The notes: generated by a model from the sequence alone, not told the origin. Shown: positions 18,484 to 28,679, counted from the first letter of the stretch. The stretch: 51,373 nt of DNA from a bacterium (GCA_963663405.2 CAXXSM010000125.1:1-51373); one strand, 5' to 3'. Numbers and translations: made by a program.

Positions 18484-21471
18484 ATGCTGAATTCAATGTC
18501 GAAAAAATTCGCTCTGATCGCTGTTCTGCTCCTGTGTGGGGCGGCTGCAAGTCTAGGCGCTGGAGTTATCTCACTTCAACCTCAATCGATCACGGCCAAT
18601 ATTGGCGATCCCATTATTTATGATGTACTGTTACAAACCGATCTTCCGTTGGGAGCCTATCTCTTACAAGTTGAATTATCATCATTGGATGGCGCCTCGG
18701 CGGTTCTTTCCGATTATGCGGTGACGGAGAATTGGAGCGACAACAGCCCTCTGAATCCTCCCATTACAAATTTCAATCAGGAAGGTAACGTGATTACCCT
18801 CCAATCTTCACTAATCGGCGGTTTCGCTGACTATGTGAATGGATTGAAGATTGGTGAACTCGCCGTCGTTTCTGATACAGTCGGCATATTGGACCTCTCC
18901 ATCACAAATAAAGTGTTTTTCACCGACGGTCTGCAAGCGCCGGAAGGAACCGATCTTGAAATTACCGCCTCCAATCCAGAAAGCGTCAGCATCCAGGCGG
19001 GACCTGGAGTGATTGGTGACGCCAATGACAATGGACGATTGGATATTGGTGACGCGCTGGCGATCTCCCAAGCGCTGGCGGGTTTGATTTCAGTCGTTCC
19101 GAATGAACTCGCCGCCGATTTTAATGGAAACGGCCGCGTAGATATCGGTGACGCGTTGGGGATTTCGCAGGTGTTGGCTGGGTTGATCGAAAATCCAAAT
19201 AATCCCGCCGCGAAAATCGCAAAAATTAACACGAAGGCGGCCAAACGCGTGATTCCTCTTCAAGTGGGAGATTTAGTTCTCGCTCTTGTGATTGAAGATG
19301 GATTGTATGGGGAAGGGGATACCGTAGTAGGGCGCCTGGTGGCAAATGTGGGCGCATCGCCTTTAGGGGCGTATGATTTGACGATTACGTATGACGCGGC
19401 CGCTCTTTCCGTGGTTAGCGTTGAAACTGGTTCCGCGGCCGAATTTACGCGGCCTACCGTAAACACCCAGGCAGCGGGTGTTATCAGTATGAACGAATTT
19501 CAATCCGCGAGTCTCGATTCTCCAACGGGGGAAGTGGAACTCGCGCTTGTGACGTTTCAGGTGCAATCGCCGATCACTCAGCGAAGCACACTGATTGATA
19601 TCGAAATTACAGACATTTTTGATACGAGTTTTGGTGTTATTAATTTGACTCCAGAAACGGCGCAGGTTCAACTGGGAAGCAGTGTCGTTCCGACCGAATC
19701 ACCAACAGAGGCGCCACCAACGGAAGCGCCGACACTGGCTCCAACGGAAACAGCGACGGAAGTTCCAACTTTGGCGCCAACCCTCGCTCCAACAGAAACA
19801 GCGACGGAAGTCCCGACAGTAGTGCCAACGGAAACAGCGACGGAAGTTCCGACAGTAGCGCCAACGGAAACAGCGACGGAAGTTCCAACTGTGCCGCCGA
19901 CATTGGCTCCAACAGAGACCGCGACGGAAGTTCCGACAGTAGCGCCAACGGAAACAGCGACGGAAGTTCCAACTGTGCCGCCGACATTGGCTCCAACAGA
20001 GACCGCGACGGAAGTTCCGACAGTAGCGCCAACGGAAACAGCGACGGAAATTCCGACTGTGCCGCCGACATTGGCTCCAACAGAGACCGCGACGGAAGTC
20101 CCGACAGTAGCGCCAACAGAAACGGCGACTGAAATCCCGACCTTGGTTCCGACGGAAACAGCGACGGAGGTACCGACTGTGCCGCCGACACTGGCGCCAA
20201 CAGAAACAGCGACTGAAATCCCGACCTTGGCTCCAACGGAAACAGCGACAGAGGCGCCGACTGTGGCGCCAACTCTCGCTCCGACAGAGACTGCGACCGA
20301 GGTTCCTACGGAAGCGCCGACAGTAGCTCCAACAGAAACAGCGACGGAGGTACCGACTGTGGCGCCGACTCTGGCTCCAACAGAAACGGCGACGGAAGTC
20401 CCAACCGAGGTACCTACAGAAGCGCCAACTGTGCCGCCGACAGAAACGGCGACGGAAGTCCCAACAGAAGAACCTACAGAAACCCCGACTCCTGAGGTGA
20501 CTGCGACTCCGACGTCAGAAATAACGCCGACACCAACAGTTGAAATAACGCCGACGCCTACAACTGAGCCAACCAGCGGCCCAACGCCGACAGTTACAGC
20601 TACACCGCCGGTTGTCGTTCCAATTGGTCCGGATGAAGGATTAATGGCGCTCTCAAGCGCAGGTTTCTTGATGGCGCGTGGTTCCGAAACCGGCCGGGAA
20701 GTGGAGGCTCCATATCCGGGTGAGTGGGTTGATCTGGAGATGTACTATGGCTTGCCAGTTATTCTGACGACGAATGGTGAGGTATACCCAGAAGACGCGC
20801 GGCGCGATGCGGCTGTCGAAGGAGAAACAATCGTAAGCGCTGTCGATCTTGAGTTTGTGGGCGCGGGAGACGCTTACTTGATTCTTGATCGTTACGGCAA
20901 TATCCATGCGTATGGCACGGCGGAATCGAAGGGATCGATCAGTGATCTGGCGCCGAATCCATTCGAGCAGGAAATCCGGTTCGGCCGTATCGTCGTAACA
21001 GAAATACAGCCGATGGCGATCGATCTGGAAGTTGTGCCCGATCCAAATGTATCCGGCGCAGTGCTTGGTTACTATATCGCTGATATGCAAGGGAATCTGT
21101 ATAACTTCGGTGATGTGCCCGTCGTTGATCCTGTTCCCGATGATTTCGGCGCGGTCGTCGCCGTAGAATTGATCACAGAAAACGGCGCCGTAACCGGCTA
21201 TCACGCCATGAATTATCTCGGTCAGATTATAACATGGACGAGTGGCGTTGGCTTCAATACACCGACAGCGCCTGTTCTCGGACATGAAAAAGATACATAC
21301 GTGGTTGATTTCGTTAAGATTGATGATATCTTCCTGATCTTGGATGAGGCTGGATTCATTTACGGTCTGGACTCTGCGGAGACGTTTGATCCAGCGGCGT
21401 TCGATTACCTGACTGGAGCCCGGTATCAGTACTACGATCCTGAATTGGGAGTCGTCGCGACAGCGCCGTAA
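18484..21471 (+). CDS. Large secreted acidic protein: cohesin-like, dockerin, cohesin-like, Pro/Thr/Glu stalk, C-terminal beta-rich domain
   Basis: GGAGG RBS, signal peptide; duplicated Ca-loop GDANDNGRLDIGDA / DFNGNGRVDIGDA; two LGAY-containing beta-sandwich segments; PTETATE repeats. Confidence 0.75.
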   Translation: MLNSMSKKFALIAVLLLCGAAASLGAGVISLQPQSITANIGDPIIYDVLLQTDLPLGAYLLQVELSSLDGASAVLSDYAVTENWSDNSPLNPPITNFNQEGNVITLQSSLIGGFADYVNGLKIGELAVVSDTVGILDLSITNKVFFTDGLQAPEGTDLEITASNPESVSIQAGPGVIGDANDNGRLDIGDALAISQALAGLISVVPNELAADFNGNGRVDIGDALGISQVLAGLIENPNNPAAKIAKINTKAAKRVIPLQVGDLVLALVIEDGLYGEGDTVVGRLVANVGASPLGAYDLTITYDAAALSVVSVETGSAAEFTRPTVNTQAAGVISMNEFQSASLDSPTGEVELALVTFQVQSPITQRSTLIDIEITDIFDTSFGVINLTPETAQVQLGSSVVPTESPTEAPPTEAPTLAPTETATEVPTLAPTLAPTETATEVPTVVPTETATEVPTVAPTETATEVPTVPPTLAPTETATEVPTVAPTETATEVPTVPPTLAPTETATEVPTVAPTETATEIPTVPPTLAPTETATEVPTVAPTETATEIPTLVPTETATEVPTVPPTLAPTETATEIPTLAPTETATEAPTVAPTLAPTETATEVPTEAPTVAPTETATEVPTVAPTLAPTETATEVPTEVPTEAPTVPPTETATEVPTEEPTETPTPEVTATPTSEITPTPTVEITPTPTTEPTSGPTPTVTATPPVVVPIGPDEGLMALSSAGFLMARGSETGREVEAPYPGEWVDLEMYYGLPVILTTNGEVYPEDARRDAAVEGETIVSAVDLEFVGAGDAYLILDRYGNIHAYGTAESKGSISDLAPNPFEQEIRFGRIVVTEIQPMAIDLEVVPDPNVSGAVLGYYIADMQGNLYNFGDVPVVDPVPDDFGAVVAVELITENGAVTGYHAMNYLGQIITWTSGVGFNTPTAPVLGHEKDTYVVDFVKIDDIFLILDEAGFIYGLDSAETFDPAAFDYLTGARYQYYDPELGVVATAP
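19690..20610 (+). repeat. Coding tandem repeats (PTETATEVPTVA / PTETATEVPTVPPTLA)
   Basis: Many near-identical ccaacggaaacagcgacggaa units; higher-order 84-nt unit repeated about three times at 19860-20110. Confidence 0.95.
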
Positions 21472-21539
21472 ATGAATAAACATTAAAATTAAAATAAAAA
21501 ACCCATGTCTTTTCACCTAAATGACCATTTTGGGGGTTC

Positions 21540-22661
21540 ATGAATATGACTCGATATCGACTAACACTCTTGGCTCTTGGCGTCGCTGCGGTCTCTCTGT
21601 TCGTTCCGCCTATCGCTGATGCCCAGGATGATTATTACGCTTTGTATAATCGATTTCAGTATCACCATGTTGGCCTATCCGCCCGTTCCGCTGGTATGGG
21701 TGGTGTCTACTCCGCGTTGAGTGGAGGAGAGCTCGGATTACTCGGTAACCCGGCGAGCCTTGGCTTCTCGGAATCCCCCTTTCTAATGTTGGAAGGAGAA
21801 TTGGAGGACGTCGCGAGTGATATTTCCGTTGACGCTGGTTTTGGCCCCGTCGCCGAAGAGGCTGATACGGATATTTGGTCTATCGGCGCCGGATTCTCTT
21901 ATCCGTTTGAATGGGGTGGATTGGGTATCCACTACAATCACCGTGAAGACGATCATGACAGTGATGTGTATGATCTAGGTCCATTCGGTGTGAAACGGGG
22001 TGGTGACCTTGAACGAGAATATATTTCTCTCGGAGGCGGCTATCGCGTGAATGAGCAATGGGCGATTGGTTACCGCTACAGTTATATTGATTGGGATCAG
22101 GATATCAAGTGGGATGCGGTTCGCGCGGCGCCTGGGCTCGCTTTCCCTACCGTGAGTGAGGATTTTGAAGGCCATAAAAATCATTTCGGTCTCCAATATC
22201 GCGCCAATGAGATGATTACTCTTGGTCTCGATGGGTATTATGGGATCGGTGATCTGGATTCGAATATCACGACCGGGGATATAGATTCCGATTCGTGGGC
22301 TGTTCGAGGTGGTATCGCATGGGAATTGGAAGAAATTCCCCTGCTTTTGGCGCTGGATTTAAATTTTGAGAATCGTGAATTGGATGGGCGCGGCGCTGAT
22401 ACAGATGAAGATCTGTTTGGCCTCCATCTTGGCGCTGAATATGAAGTCGTTGAAAACCTCTTCCTACGCGCTGGATATCAGTACGAGGATATCGATTTTG
22501 AAGATCGGCCCGCGTTGATCGATGAAAGTCCATCCATTGGAGCGTACACAGCAGGTATCGGCTATGAATACGATCGTTTTACTTTTGATTATGGATTTAT
22601 CTATACCGATACAGGCAGTGGAGATATCACCCATATATTTGGAATCGGGATTCACTTCTAG
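21540..22661 (+). CDS. Outer-membrane beta-barrel, FadL/OmpP1/PorV-like
   Basis: Signal peptide; SARSAGMGG and NPASL N-terminal motifs; GAEY...LRAGY; C-terminal Phe. Confidence 0.78.
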   Translation: MNMTRYRLTLLALGVAAVSLFVPPIADAQDDYYALYNRFQYHHVGLSARSAGMGGVYSALSGGELGLLGNPASLGFSESPFLMLEGELEDVASDISVDAGFGPVAEEADTDIWSIGAGFSYPFEWGGLGIHYNHREDDHDSDVYDLGPFGVKRGGDLEREYISLGGGYRVNEQWAIGYRYSYIDWDQDIKWDAVRAAPGLAFPTVSEDFEGHKNHFGLQYRANEMITLGLDGYYGIGDLDSNITTGDIDSDSWAVRGGIAWELEEIPLLLALDLNFENRELDGRGADTDEDLFGLHLGAEYEVVENLFLRAGYQYEDIDFEDRPALIDESPSIGAYTAGIGYEYDRFTFDYGFIYTDTGSGDITHIFGIGIHF

Positions 22662-22690
22662 TATGTTATAACCGGAAAATTACGATAAGA

Positions 22691-22727
22691 AAAGAAGAGG
22701 GGCGGTCCGATGTGGACCGCCTCTTTT
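22691..22727. terminator. Bidirectional terminator
   Basis: GGCGGTCC/GGACCGCC stem flanked by A and T tracts between convergent genes. Confidence 0.75.
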
Positions 22728-22837
22728 AGTTTAATAAATTGTAGAGCGTTTAAATTGATAGTTTTTGTATAAGCGAGCGCATAGGTCGCTTGTTCTTCGG
22801 GCGTTTTTGGATGATCCGCGAAAGTATAGGTATGATC

Positions 22838-24130
22838 TTACAATTTCCAAGGCGCGCGAGGTTCACGGAAAAGGAGTTTCGCCGCTTCTGGATCGTTGAT
22901 AATCGTTTCTTTCTTCGTATCCCATTCAATGGCTCTTCCTGTCCGGTATGCGATATTCGCCAAATGTCCGGGAATGCTGGAAAGATGCCCGGTTTCAATA
23001 TCTGAATCGGTTCGTTTGCGTGATTTAACACTTTCAAGAAACTTGACTTTGTGTTGTTCTTCCATCCCTTGGGATTGAGTAATGACTGGATTGTTACGAT
23101 CCTTCTCCGGATAAAATTCAGTCACTTTACGATTGATGAAGAGAGTTCCGTCTGTGCCGAAGAAATAAATTCCATGATCCATATCTCCATGGAGAGGAAA
23201 ACCGTTGGCGTGGCGCATGGAATAGGTCATCGTATAGCCAGGGCAGTCGAAAATCGCTTCGGCGGTGTCTGGTGTATCCACATTATGTTTGTAATAGTAC
23301 TGTCCACCCGAAACCGCGACACGGGAGATCTCCGGCCCCATGACCCATTGAACGATATCGAAGAGATGAACCCCCCAAGCGTTCATCATGCCTCCTGAAT
23401 AGTCCCAATTAAAGTAGAAGGTAAAATGATAACGGTTGGGATTGAATGGACGCTTTGGAGCGGGTCCAAGCCACATGTCATAATCGACTTCTTCAGGTGG
23501 ATCGCTGTCCGGTGGATTTCCCAGTCCTTCAGGACCTTTATGTCCCATGCCGGTCATATCCCATTGGTTGAATGTGTGAACTGAGGTGATTTTCCCCAGC
23601 TTACCAGATCTGACAATCTCCGCCGCTTCGATGAAATGAGGGCCGCTTCGCTGTTGTAAGCCAATCTGGACAATACGGTTGTGCTTACGCGCCGCTTGGA
23701 CCGCAATCCGCCCTTCTTTTATATTGTGACCCAGAGGCTTTTCGACATAGACATCTTTTCCGGCTTCGCAAGCTTGGATAGTAGGGATGCAATGCCAATG
23801 ATCCGGTGGGGCGATCACAACAGCGTCAATCTCTTTAATTTCCAGTAAGTTACGAAAATCCTTGATTTTTTTTGCTCCACCCGCTAACTCGGCTCCTCGA
23901 TCAAGATGGTTCCGGTCGACATCGCATACCGCTAGGATATTGACACCGCCAACACTTTGGAAATTGCGGATATGAAAGGTGTTCCTGCCACCAGCTCCAA
24001 TGAATCCTAGATTGACTTTCTCGTTCGTTCCCAGCGCTCCAATAGCAGGAGGGATTTGTGACGCGAGGCAGATACCCAACGATCCACTCGCGCCTTTCAT
24101 GAATGTTCTACGTTCGACTTTGGTTTTCAT
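22838..24130 (-). CDS. Tat-exported Gfo/Idh/MocA oxidoreductase
   Basis: ERRTFMK Tat motif, IGAGGR, PDHWH, YVEKP, WLGPAP and WGVH. Confidence 0.92.
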   Translation of the reverse strand: MKTKVERRTFMKGASGSLGICLASQIPPAIGALGTNEKVNLGFIGAGGRNTFHIRNFQSVGGVNILAVCDVDRNHLDRGAELAGGAKKIKDFRNLLEIKEIDAVVIAPPDHWHCIPTIQACEAGKDVYVEKPLGHNIKEGRIAVQAARKHNRIVQIGLQQRSGPHFIEAAEIVRSGKLGKITSVHTFNQWDMTGMGHKGPEGLGNPPDSDPPEEVDYDMWLGPAPKRPFNPNRYHFTFYFNWDYSGGMMNAWGVHLFDIVQWVMGPEISRVAVSGGQYYYKHNVDTPDTAEAIFDCPGYTMTYSMRHANGFPLHGDMDHGIYFFGTDGTLFINRKVTEFYPEKDRNNPVITQSQGMEEQHKVKFLESVKSRKRTDSDIETGHLSSIPGHLANIAYRTGRAIEWDTKKETIINDPEAAKLLFREPRAPWKL

Positions 24131-24424
24131 GGTTTCGCTCCTTTCATTTTTCGGTGATGATCCCGATAATGATAGTAACTATGTTTTTTAAAGGCGCATT
24201 CATTTAACGATTTTCGAATTACATATCTGTATGATTAGATTTTGTAATAGGTTATGGATATTTTTTACTAAGCTGGAGGAAAAAGAAACGGTGTTTTCAA
24301 GAGAAAACACCGCATATGAGTGTTTTGAGTTTTTCACCGCGGGTGAAGCGCTGAAAAAGTATTCTAACGTTCTCACTCTATCATATCGCTATTGGAAACG
24401 CTTCAATCGGCGTCTTATTCATGG

Positions 24425-24697
24425 TTAATAGATTTCCATGAATATATTATCAATATCCTCTGAATCAAAGTCCGCGCCAGGTTTATGCGACATATTTTCC
24501 ATGATTGTTCGCATTTGTTGTTTTGTTAGCGTCTGATGGGCGGCGTGTACTCGGTCCATCGTGTGGCATTTGGAACATAATTCTTCAAACTGTGGATGAG
24601 CGCCTGTGGCCTCAGGTTTTTTCTCTGTGCTCGCGCATCCCCAGGCAAGAAGGATTCCCACTACTCCAGCGAGTAAAATAATCGATAGTTGTTTCAT
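24425..24697 (-). CDS. Small monoheme cytochrome c lipoprotein
   Basis: Lipobox-like LAWG-C; CSKCH; distal Met candidates; AAGGAG RBS. Confidence 0.7.
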   Translation of the reverse strand: MKQLSIILLAGVVGILLAWGCASTEKKPEATGAHPQFEELCSKCHTMDRVHAAHQTLTKQQMRTIMENMSHKPGADFDSEDIDNIFMEIY

Positions 24698-24859
24698 ACC
24701 ATTCTCCTTTTTGAATAAAAATAAACTCCCCAAACAACATACCGTTTCAAATATACTACAGATAAGGGTGTATATCTAGCCAAGTTTTCGAAATATTTTG
24801 TTTTCCTGGAGTATCTGAAAAATGGCTATTTAATCCATAGATGAAAACTAAAATTTAAC

Positions 24860-24895
24860 TTGAATTTGACCGAGTGTGTGGGTATAGTTTATACT
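24860..24895 (+). promoter_or_regulatory. Sigma-70-type promoter candidate for the peroxidase operon
   Basis: TTGAAT-17-TATAGT and overlapping TTGACC-18-TATACT. Confidence 0.4.
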
Positions 24896-24926
24896 TCAAA
24901 CTATCTAATGGATGAGGTGTTGACGA

Positions 24927-25970
24927 ATGAAAAGGAGATTATTGGTATTATTCGCTTTTTCGGTTGGATTCGTTTATTTGTCGATGAGTCTTTCCACACC
25001 ACCGAGTGGTTTTTCCGCATCGAAGGGAACGCCGTTGGCAGTAGAGCCTCCATTGGGTCTCCCACCCGTTCCCATTCCCGCGGACAATCCTATGACAGTG
25101 GAAAAGGTGGAACTGGGGAAAATGCTCTATTTCGATAAGCGTCTCAGCAAGGATAAAACGATATCCTGCGCTACGTGTCATATGCCGGAAAACGCGTATA
25201 CGGAACCGCGGAACGTCTCTACTGGAATCGATGACCAGAAAGGTGAGATGAACTCTCCCCACGTGATCAATTCCGCATACGCGACTTCCATGTTTTGGGA
25301 TGGGCGCATGAACACGCTGGAAGAGCAAGCGGCGGGGCCTGTCGAAAATCCTATTGAAATGGGACACAAAATCGGCGATGTGGCTGGTGACTTGAACGCG
25401 ATACCTGAATACAAAAAACGTTTCATGGACGTATTTGGAGAACCGGCAAGCAAGGAGACGATCACGAAAGCGATCGCCGCTTTTGAACGGACCTTGCTTT
25501 CCGGAAATTCACCATACGACCGGTATAAAAGTGGCGATAAAAACGCGATGAGCGCTGATGCGATCAAAGGAATGGAATTATTCAATCAGAAACTTTGCGT
25601 GACCTGCCATACACCGCCTCTCTTCTCAAACTGGGGATTTTATAATACGGGTGTCGGCTATGGCAAAGGTGAACCGCCCATAGGTCGAAAAGCTGTCACG
25701 AATTTGGATTCGGATCAAGGCGCCTTTCGCGTATCCAGTTTGCGGAATATTGCCGAGACGGCTCCCTATTTTCATAATGGCGAGGCTAAAACACTGAGAG
25801 AAGCCGTCGCATTTATGGCCAAGGGAGGAAAGCAGAATCCAAATCAGCACGCTCTGTTTCTTGCGTTGAAGGGAATGAAGATCACGGATGATGAGATCGA
25901 CAAAATCACCGCGTTTCTCGAGAGCCTGACCGGTGAATATCCAGTCGTAGAAGAACCCAAACTTCCATAA
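24927..25970 (+). CDS. Di-heme cytochrome c peroxidase (CCP/MauG family)
   Basis: LGKMLYFDKRLS, SCATCH, FWDGR, CVTCH and TAPYFHNG. Confidence 0.92.
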   Translation: MKRRLLVLFAFSVGFVYLSMSLSTPPSGFSASKGTPLAVEPPLGLPPVPIPADNPMTVEKVELGKMLYFDKRLSKDKTISCATCHMPENAYTEPRNVSTGIDDQKGEMNSPHVINSAYATSMFWDGRMNTLEEQAAGPVENPIEMGHKIGDVAGDLNAIPEYKKRFMDVFGEPASKETITKAIAAFERTLLSGNSPYDRYKSGDKNAMSADAIKGMELFNQKLCVTCHTPPLFSNWGFYNTGVGYGKGEPPIGRKAVTNLDSDQGAFRVSSLRNIAETAPYFHNGEAKTLREAVAFMAKGGKQNPNQHALFLALKGMKITDDEIDKITAFLESLTGEYPVVEEPKLP

Positions 25971-26049
25971 TTGATCTCCCTATACTAATTCGTGTATAAC
26001 TTATTTTGATTCACGGAATAAATATTTTCTACTAAGAGGGAGTTCAACC

Positions 26050-27222
26050 ATGAATGTTTCATTTCTTACTCTCGCCCAGCTGGGATCGTTCGTATTCAGT
26101 GTTGCGGCGGTGGTTACTCTTTGGGCTTATTGGACCCAGAAACAAAGTGTTCTGAAGGGATCGTTGCTAACTCTTTCTTTGTTGGGGCCAGTCACATTGT
26201 TGTTTTGCTGGATCGCGCAGGATTCCTTTTTTGATAATGGGCCGGTCCTCTATTGGGCGCGGTTAATGTCGGGCGATGTATCCTCTCTCTGGGGATTGGG
26301 GAGTTTGGGATTGATCGCCGGGAGCGGTTTAGCGTTGGGCGCGCTGTCGCTTCAGGATTGCACTAAAGGACTCTGGGTTGGCGCCGTAGTCTTGGCGTTG
26401 ACGTGGTTCATTCTATTGTTGCATCCCACGCCCCATTATGTCCCGATTCCCGCATGGCTGGATAAACTTGTCTGGCTCGGAGTCCTGGCCGGAGGCGGCG
26501 CAGTCTGCGTGTTTATTCATCTGAAACTGAAGGATTTACTAAAACCGTTTCAGGGACTCGCCACGATCGCGGCAGGGATTGTTCCCCTTTTGGCTCTCTT
26601 GAATATTGCCGCGTATGTCTCTGTCTCATCTCCCTTGGATTTAGCCAGCAAGACGCCTGCAAACCGGATCAAGGCGCCGGGGTGTCTTTCCTGCCACAGC
26701 ATGAACGGGGAAGGCTATCCAGATCCAGGAGGCGGATTGGAATCAGCGGGCGGACGAACCCCCGATACGATTCTCGCGTTTCTGAAGGAGCCTACACCGG
26801 AAAAAGCGATCGAATTGGGCATCCGGCAGAATCCTACCGGAGAAATGGCCAACTTGCAGTTGACTCCCCAGGACGCGGAGTTGATTAAGGATGCGTTAGT
26901 CGAACTCTTCAAGATCGAAGCGCCTTCGAGCCTCGCTGTTGAGTGGGAACAGGTGGAGCCGATCCTGACGGAGAAGACCTGTCTCGCCTGCCACTCACTC
27001 GGTGAAGAAGGAGCGCCCGGTGGCGGTATTGGAGGGCCGTTTAAAAAAGCCAGTGAATTTGAAATGGAAACCTTGATCGCCTGGTTGCAAGAACCTTCTA
27101 TGGATAAGGCGAAGGAATTAGGGATTCGAGAACAACCGATCGGCGCCATGGCGTCGTTCGCTTTGGATGAAGAACGGGCAAAACTGGTCGCCTCTTGGCT
27201 TAAGTCGTTAGGTGGAGAATAA
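26050..27222 (+). CDS. Polytopic membrane protein with two tandem cytochrome c domains
   Basis: About six hydrophobic helices, then CLSCH and CLACH in two mutually similar domains. Confidence 0.75.
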   Translation: MNVSFLTLAQLGSFVFSVAAVVTLWAYWTQKQSVLKGSLLTLSLLGPVTLLFCWIAQDSFFDNGPVLYWARLMSGDVSSLWGLGSLGLIAGSGLALGALSLQDCTKGLWVGAVVLALTWFILLLHPTPHYVPIPAWLDKLVWLGVLAGGGAVCVFIHLKLKDLLKPFQGLATIAAGIVPLLALLNIAAYVSVSSPLDLASKTPANRIKAPGCLSCHSMNGEGYPDPGGGLESAGGRTPDTILAFLKEPTPEKAIELGIRQNPTGEMANLQLTPQDAELIKDALVELFKIEAPSSLAVEWEQVEPILTEKTCLACHSLGEEGAPGGGIGGPFKKASEFEMETLIAWLQEPSMDKAKELGIREQPIGAMASFALDEERAKLVASWLKSLGGE

Positions 27223-27238
27223 AATCAATAGCAAGTAT

Positions 27239-27285
27239 AAAGGCCGAAGGCTTAGGGATATTCCTATAGTCTTCGGCCTTTGTTT
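27239..27285. terminator. Bidirectional terminator
   Basis: AAAGGCCGAAG/CTTCGGCCTTT stem. Confidence 0.7.
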
Positions 27286-27328
27286 TATGCGTTTTACCGT
27301 GTGAAATGAAGCCTTCCTTTAAAATGCA

Positions 27329-27909
27329 CTAGCCCGTTGAAGTTTTCCTAAAACCCAAGCCGGACAATATCGCCGAAGCTGGTCAGTCCGTTTGTCCCAT
27401 CATAAAGGGGGTGACCAAATAAGCCGTTTTGGAAGAGGCTGAAGGCTTGATCCGGCCCGGCGGAAATGATGACGTAGGCTTCTTTGGGATTGTTTGCCAG
27501 CGGTTGTTTCCCAGCCTTCTATGTTTTTAAAATATTGTGTAACGAGATGGGGATGATCACGGACAGGATCCTGGTGAAGTTCACCATGCGCCCATGTTTT
27601 CGTTTGGGCGTCGCCGTATTCAATCTGAAACGGATCTTTCAACGCGCCGGTTGAAGAAATATAGGCGACCGGTGTAGTTAAATATTTATTCTGCCAAGCG
27701 GGATGAGAGCCGAAATGAGGGATAAATTCACCGTGGTCAATGCGGTACATCATTTGCGCGTCGGCGAATGCTTTTTGTCCCGCTTCCGCGTTTGCGATCC
27801 GCGCGCGGATTTGGGCGTTTAGAAAATTTGGAACCGCGATCGCCGCCAGGATTCCAATAATCGCGACGACGATGAGCAGCTCGATTAATGTGAAAGCGCT
27901 TTTTCGCAT
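27329..27909 (-). CDS. Prepilin-type cleavage/methylation domain protein, frameshifted near the C-terminus
   Basis: AFTLIELLIVVAIIGILAAIAVPNF; family C-terminus YDGTNGLTSFGDIVR in another frame ending at TAG 27329. Confidence 0.8.
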
Positions 27910-28051
27910 GGATTGCTTCTCCTCATGTTTATTCATTTTCCAATAAGTGATAATCATCAAAGCGTATACTAATCTGATGGAGAAAGGTCAGAAATGAGTA
28001 TTACCGTTATTTTTCTGTTAAAAGGAAAGATGGAGAATTGATGTTAGTTTA

Positions 28052-28522
28052 TTATTTTTGTTTTGTTAGTTTCCTGGGAAAAGGAAAAAGTTGATTGACC
28101 GACTTACAATACTCCTCGTATTGATCTCCAAAGACAGATTGCAGGAAAATTTCTTCCTTCACGATTAAGATTTTGAATAAAATGTAGGATAGCAGGATCG
28201 AAAACAGTCCATATACATTATTTAAAAAGAGCGCGATGGCGGGAATCAAGAAGAAGATGTGTCCACAATAAAGGGGATTTCGCGTCAGGGAATAGATTCC
28301 ACTTGTGATGAGTGTTCCCGATTGTTTTGCTTTTGTAATGTTATAAGCCCCCAGGACGATAAAAACGATTCCTATAATTCCGATGAAAGAAGAGACGAGA
28401 TAACGTACAATATCGCTATTAAATAGAGGACTGGGATTGGTATAGATGGCGATGAGAGCCAACGTTATATATCCAGGCCCCACAATGATTGGACCCGCGC
28501 CCCAGATGGATTGTTTTTTCAC
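28052..28522 (-). CDS. Isoprenylcysteine carboxyl methyltransferase/PEMT family membrane protein
   Basis: LITSGIYSLTRNPLY; EE...FGDQYEEY. Confidence 0.85.
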   Translation of the reverse strand: MKKQSIWGAGPIIVGPGYITLALIAIYTNPSPLFNSDIVRYLVSSFIGIIGIVFIVLGAYNITKAKQSGTLITSGIYSLTRNPLYCGHIFFLIPAIALFLNNVYGLFSILLSYILFKILIVKEEIFLQSVFGDQYEEYCKSVNQLFPFPRKLTKQK

Positions 28523-28679
28523 TCTTAAGATCCTTTCAGAATAATATAGTTATATGTGTGCCTCATCCTGTTATTATAGAAAGGAGAAAGGAATTCTTCC
28601 AGTAGTGCTTTTCTCGTTATGTGCGTATTGTTGTTTCTCTATGTGAGGAAGGTTTGATTTTTAATTACGAGAATTGGAT

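Noticed and set aside
19640-20272. 210-aa antisense ORF with LPSLFP repeats
   Set aside because: Shadow of the PTETATE repeat on the opposite strand
19690-20500. Regularly spaced DNA repeats resembling a CRISPR array
   Set aside because: In-frame coding repeats with synonymous variation, no unique spacers and no cas genes
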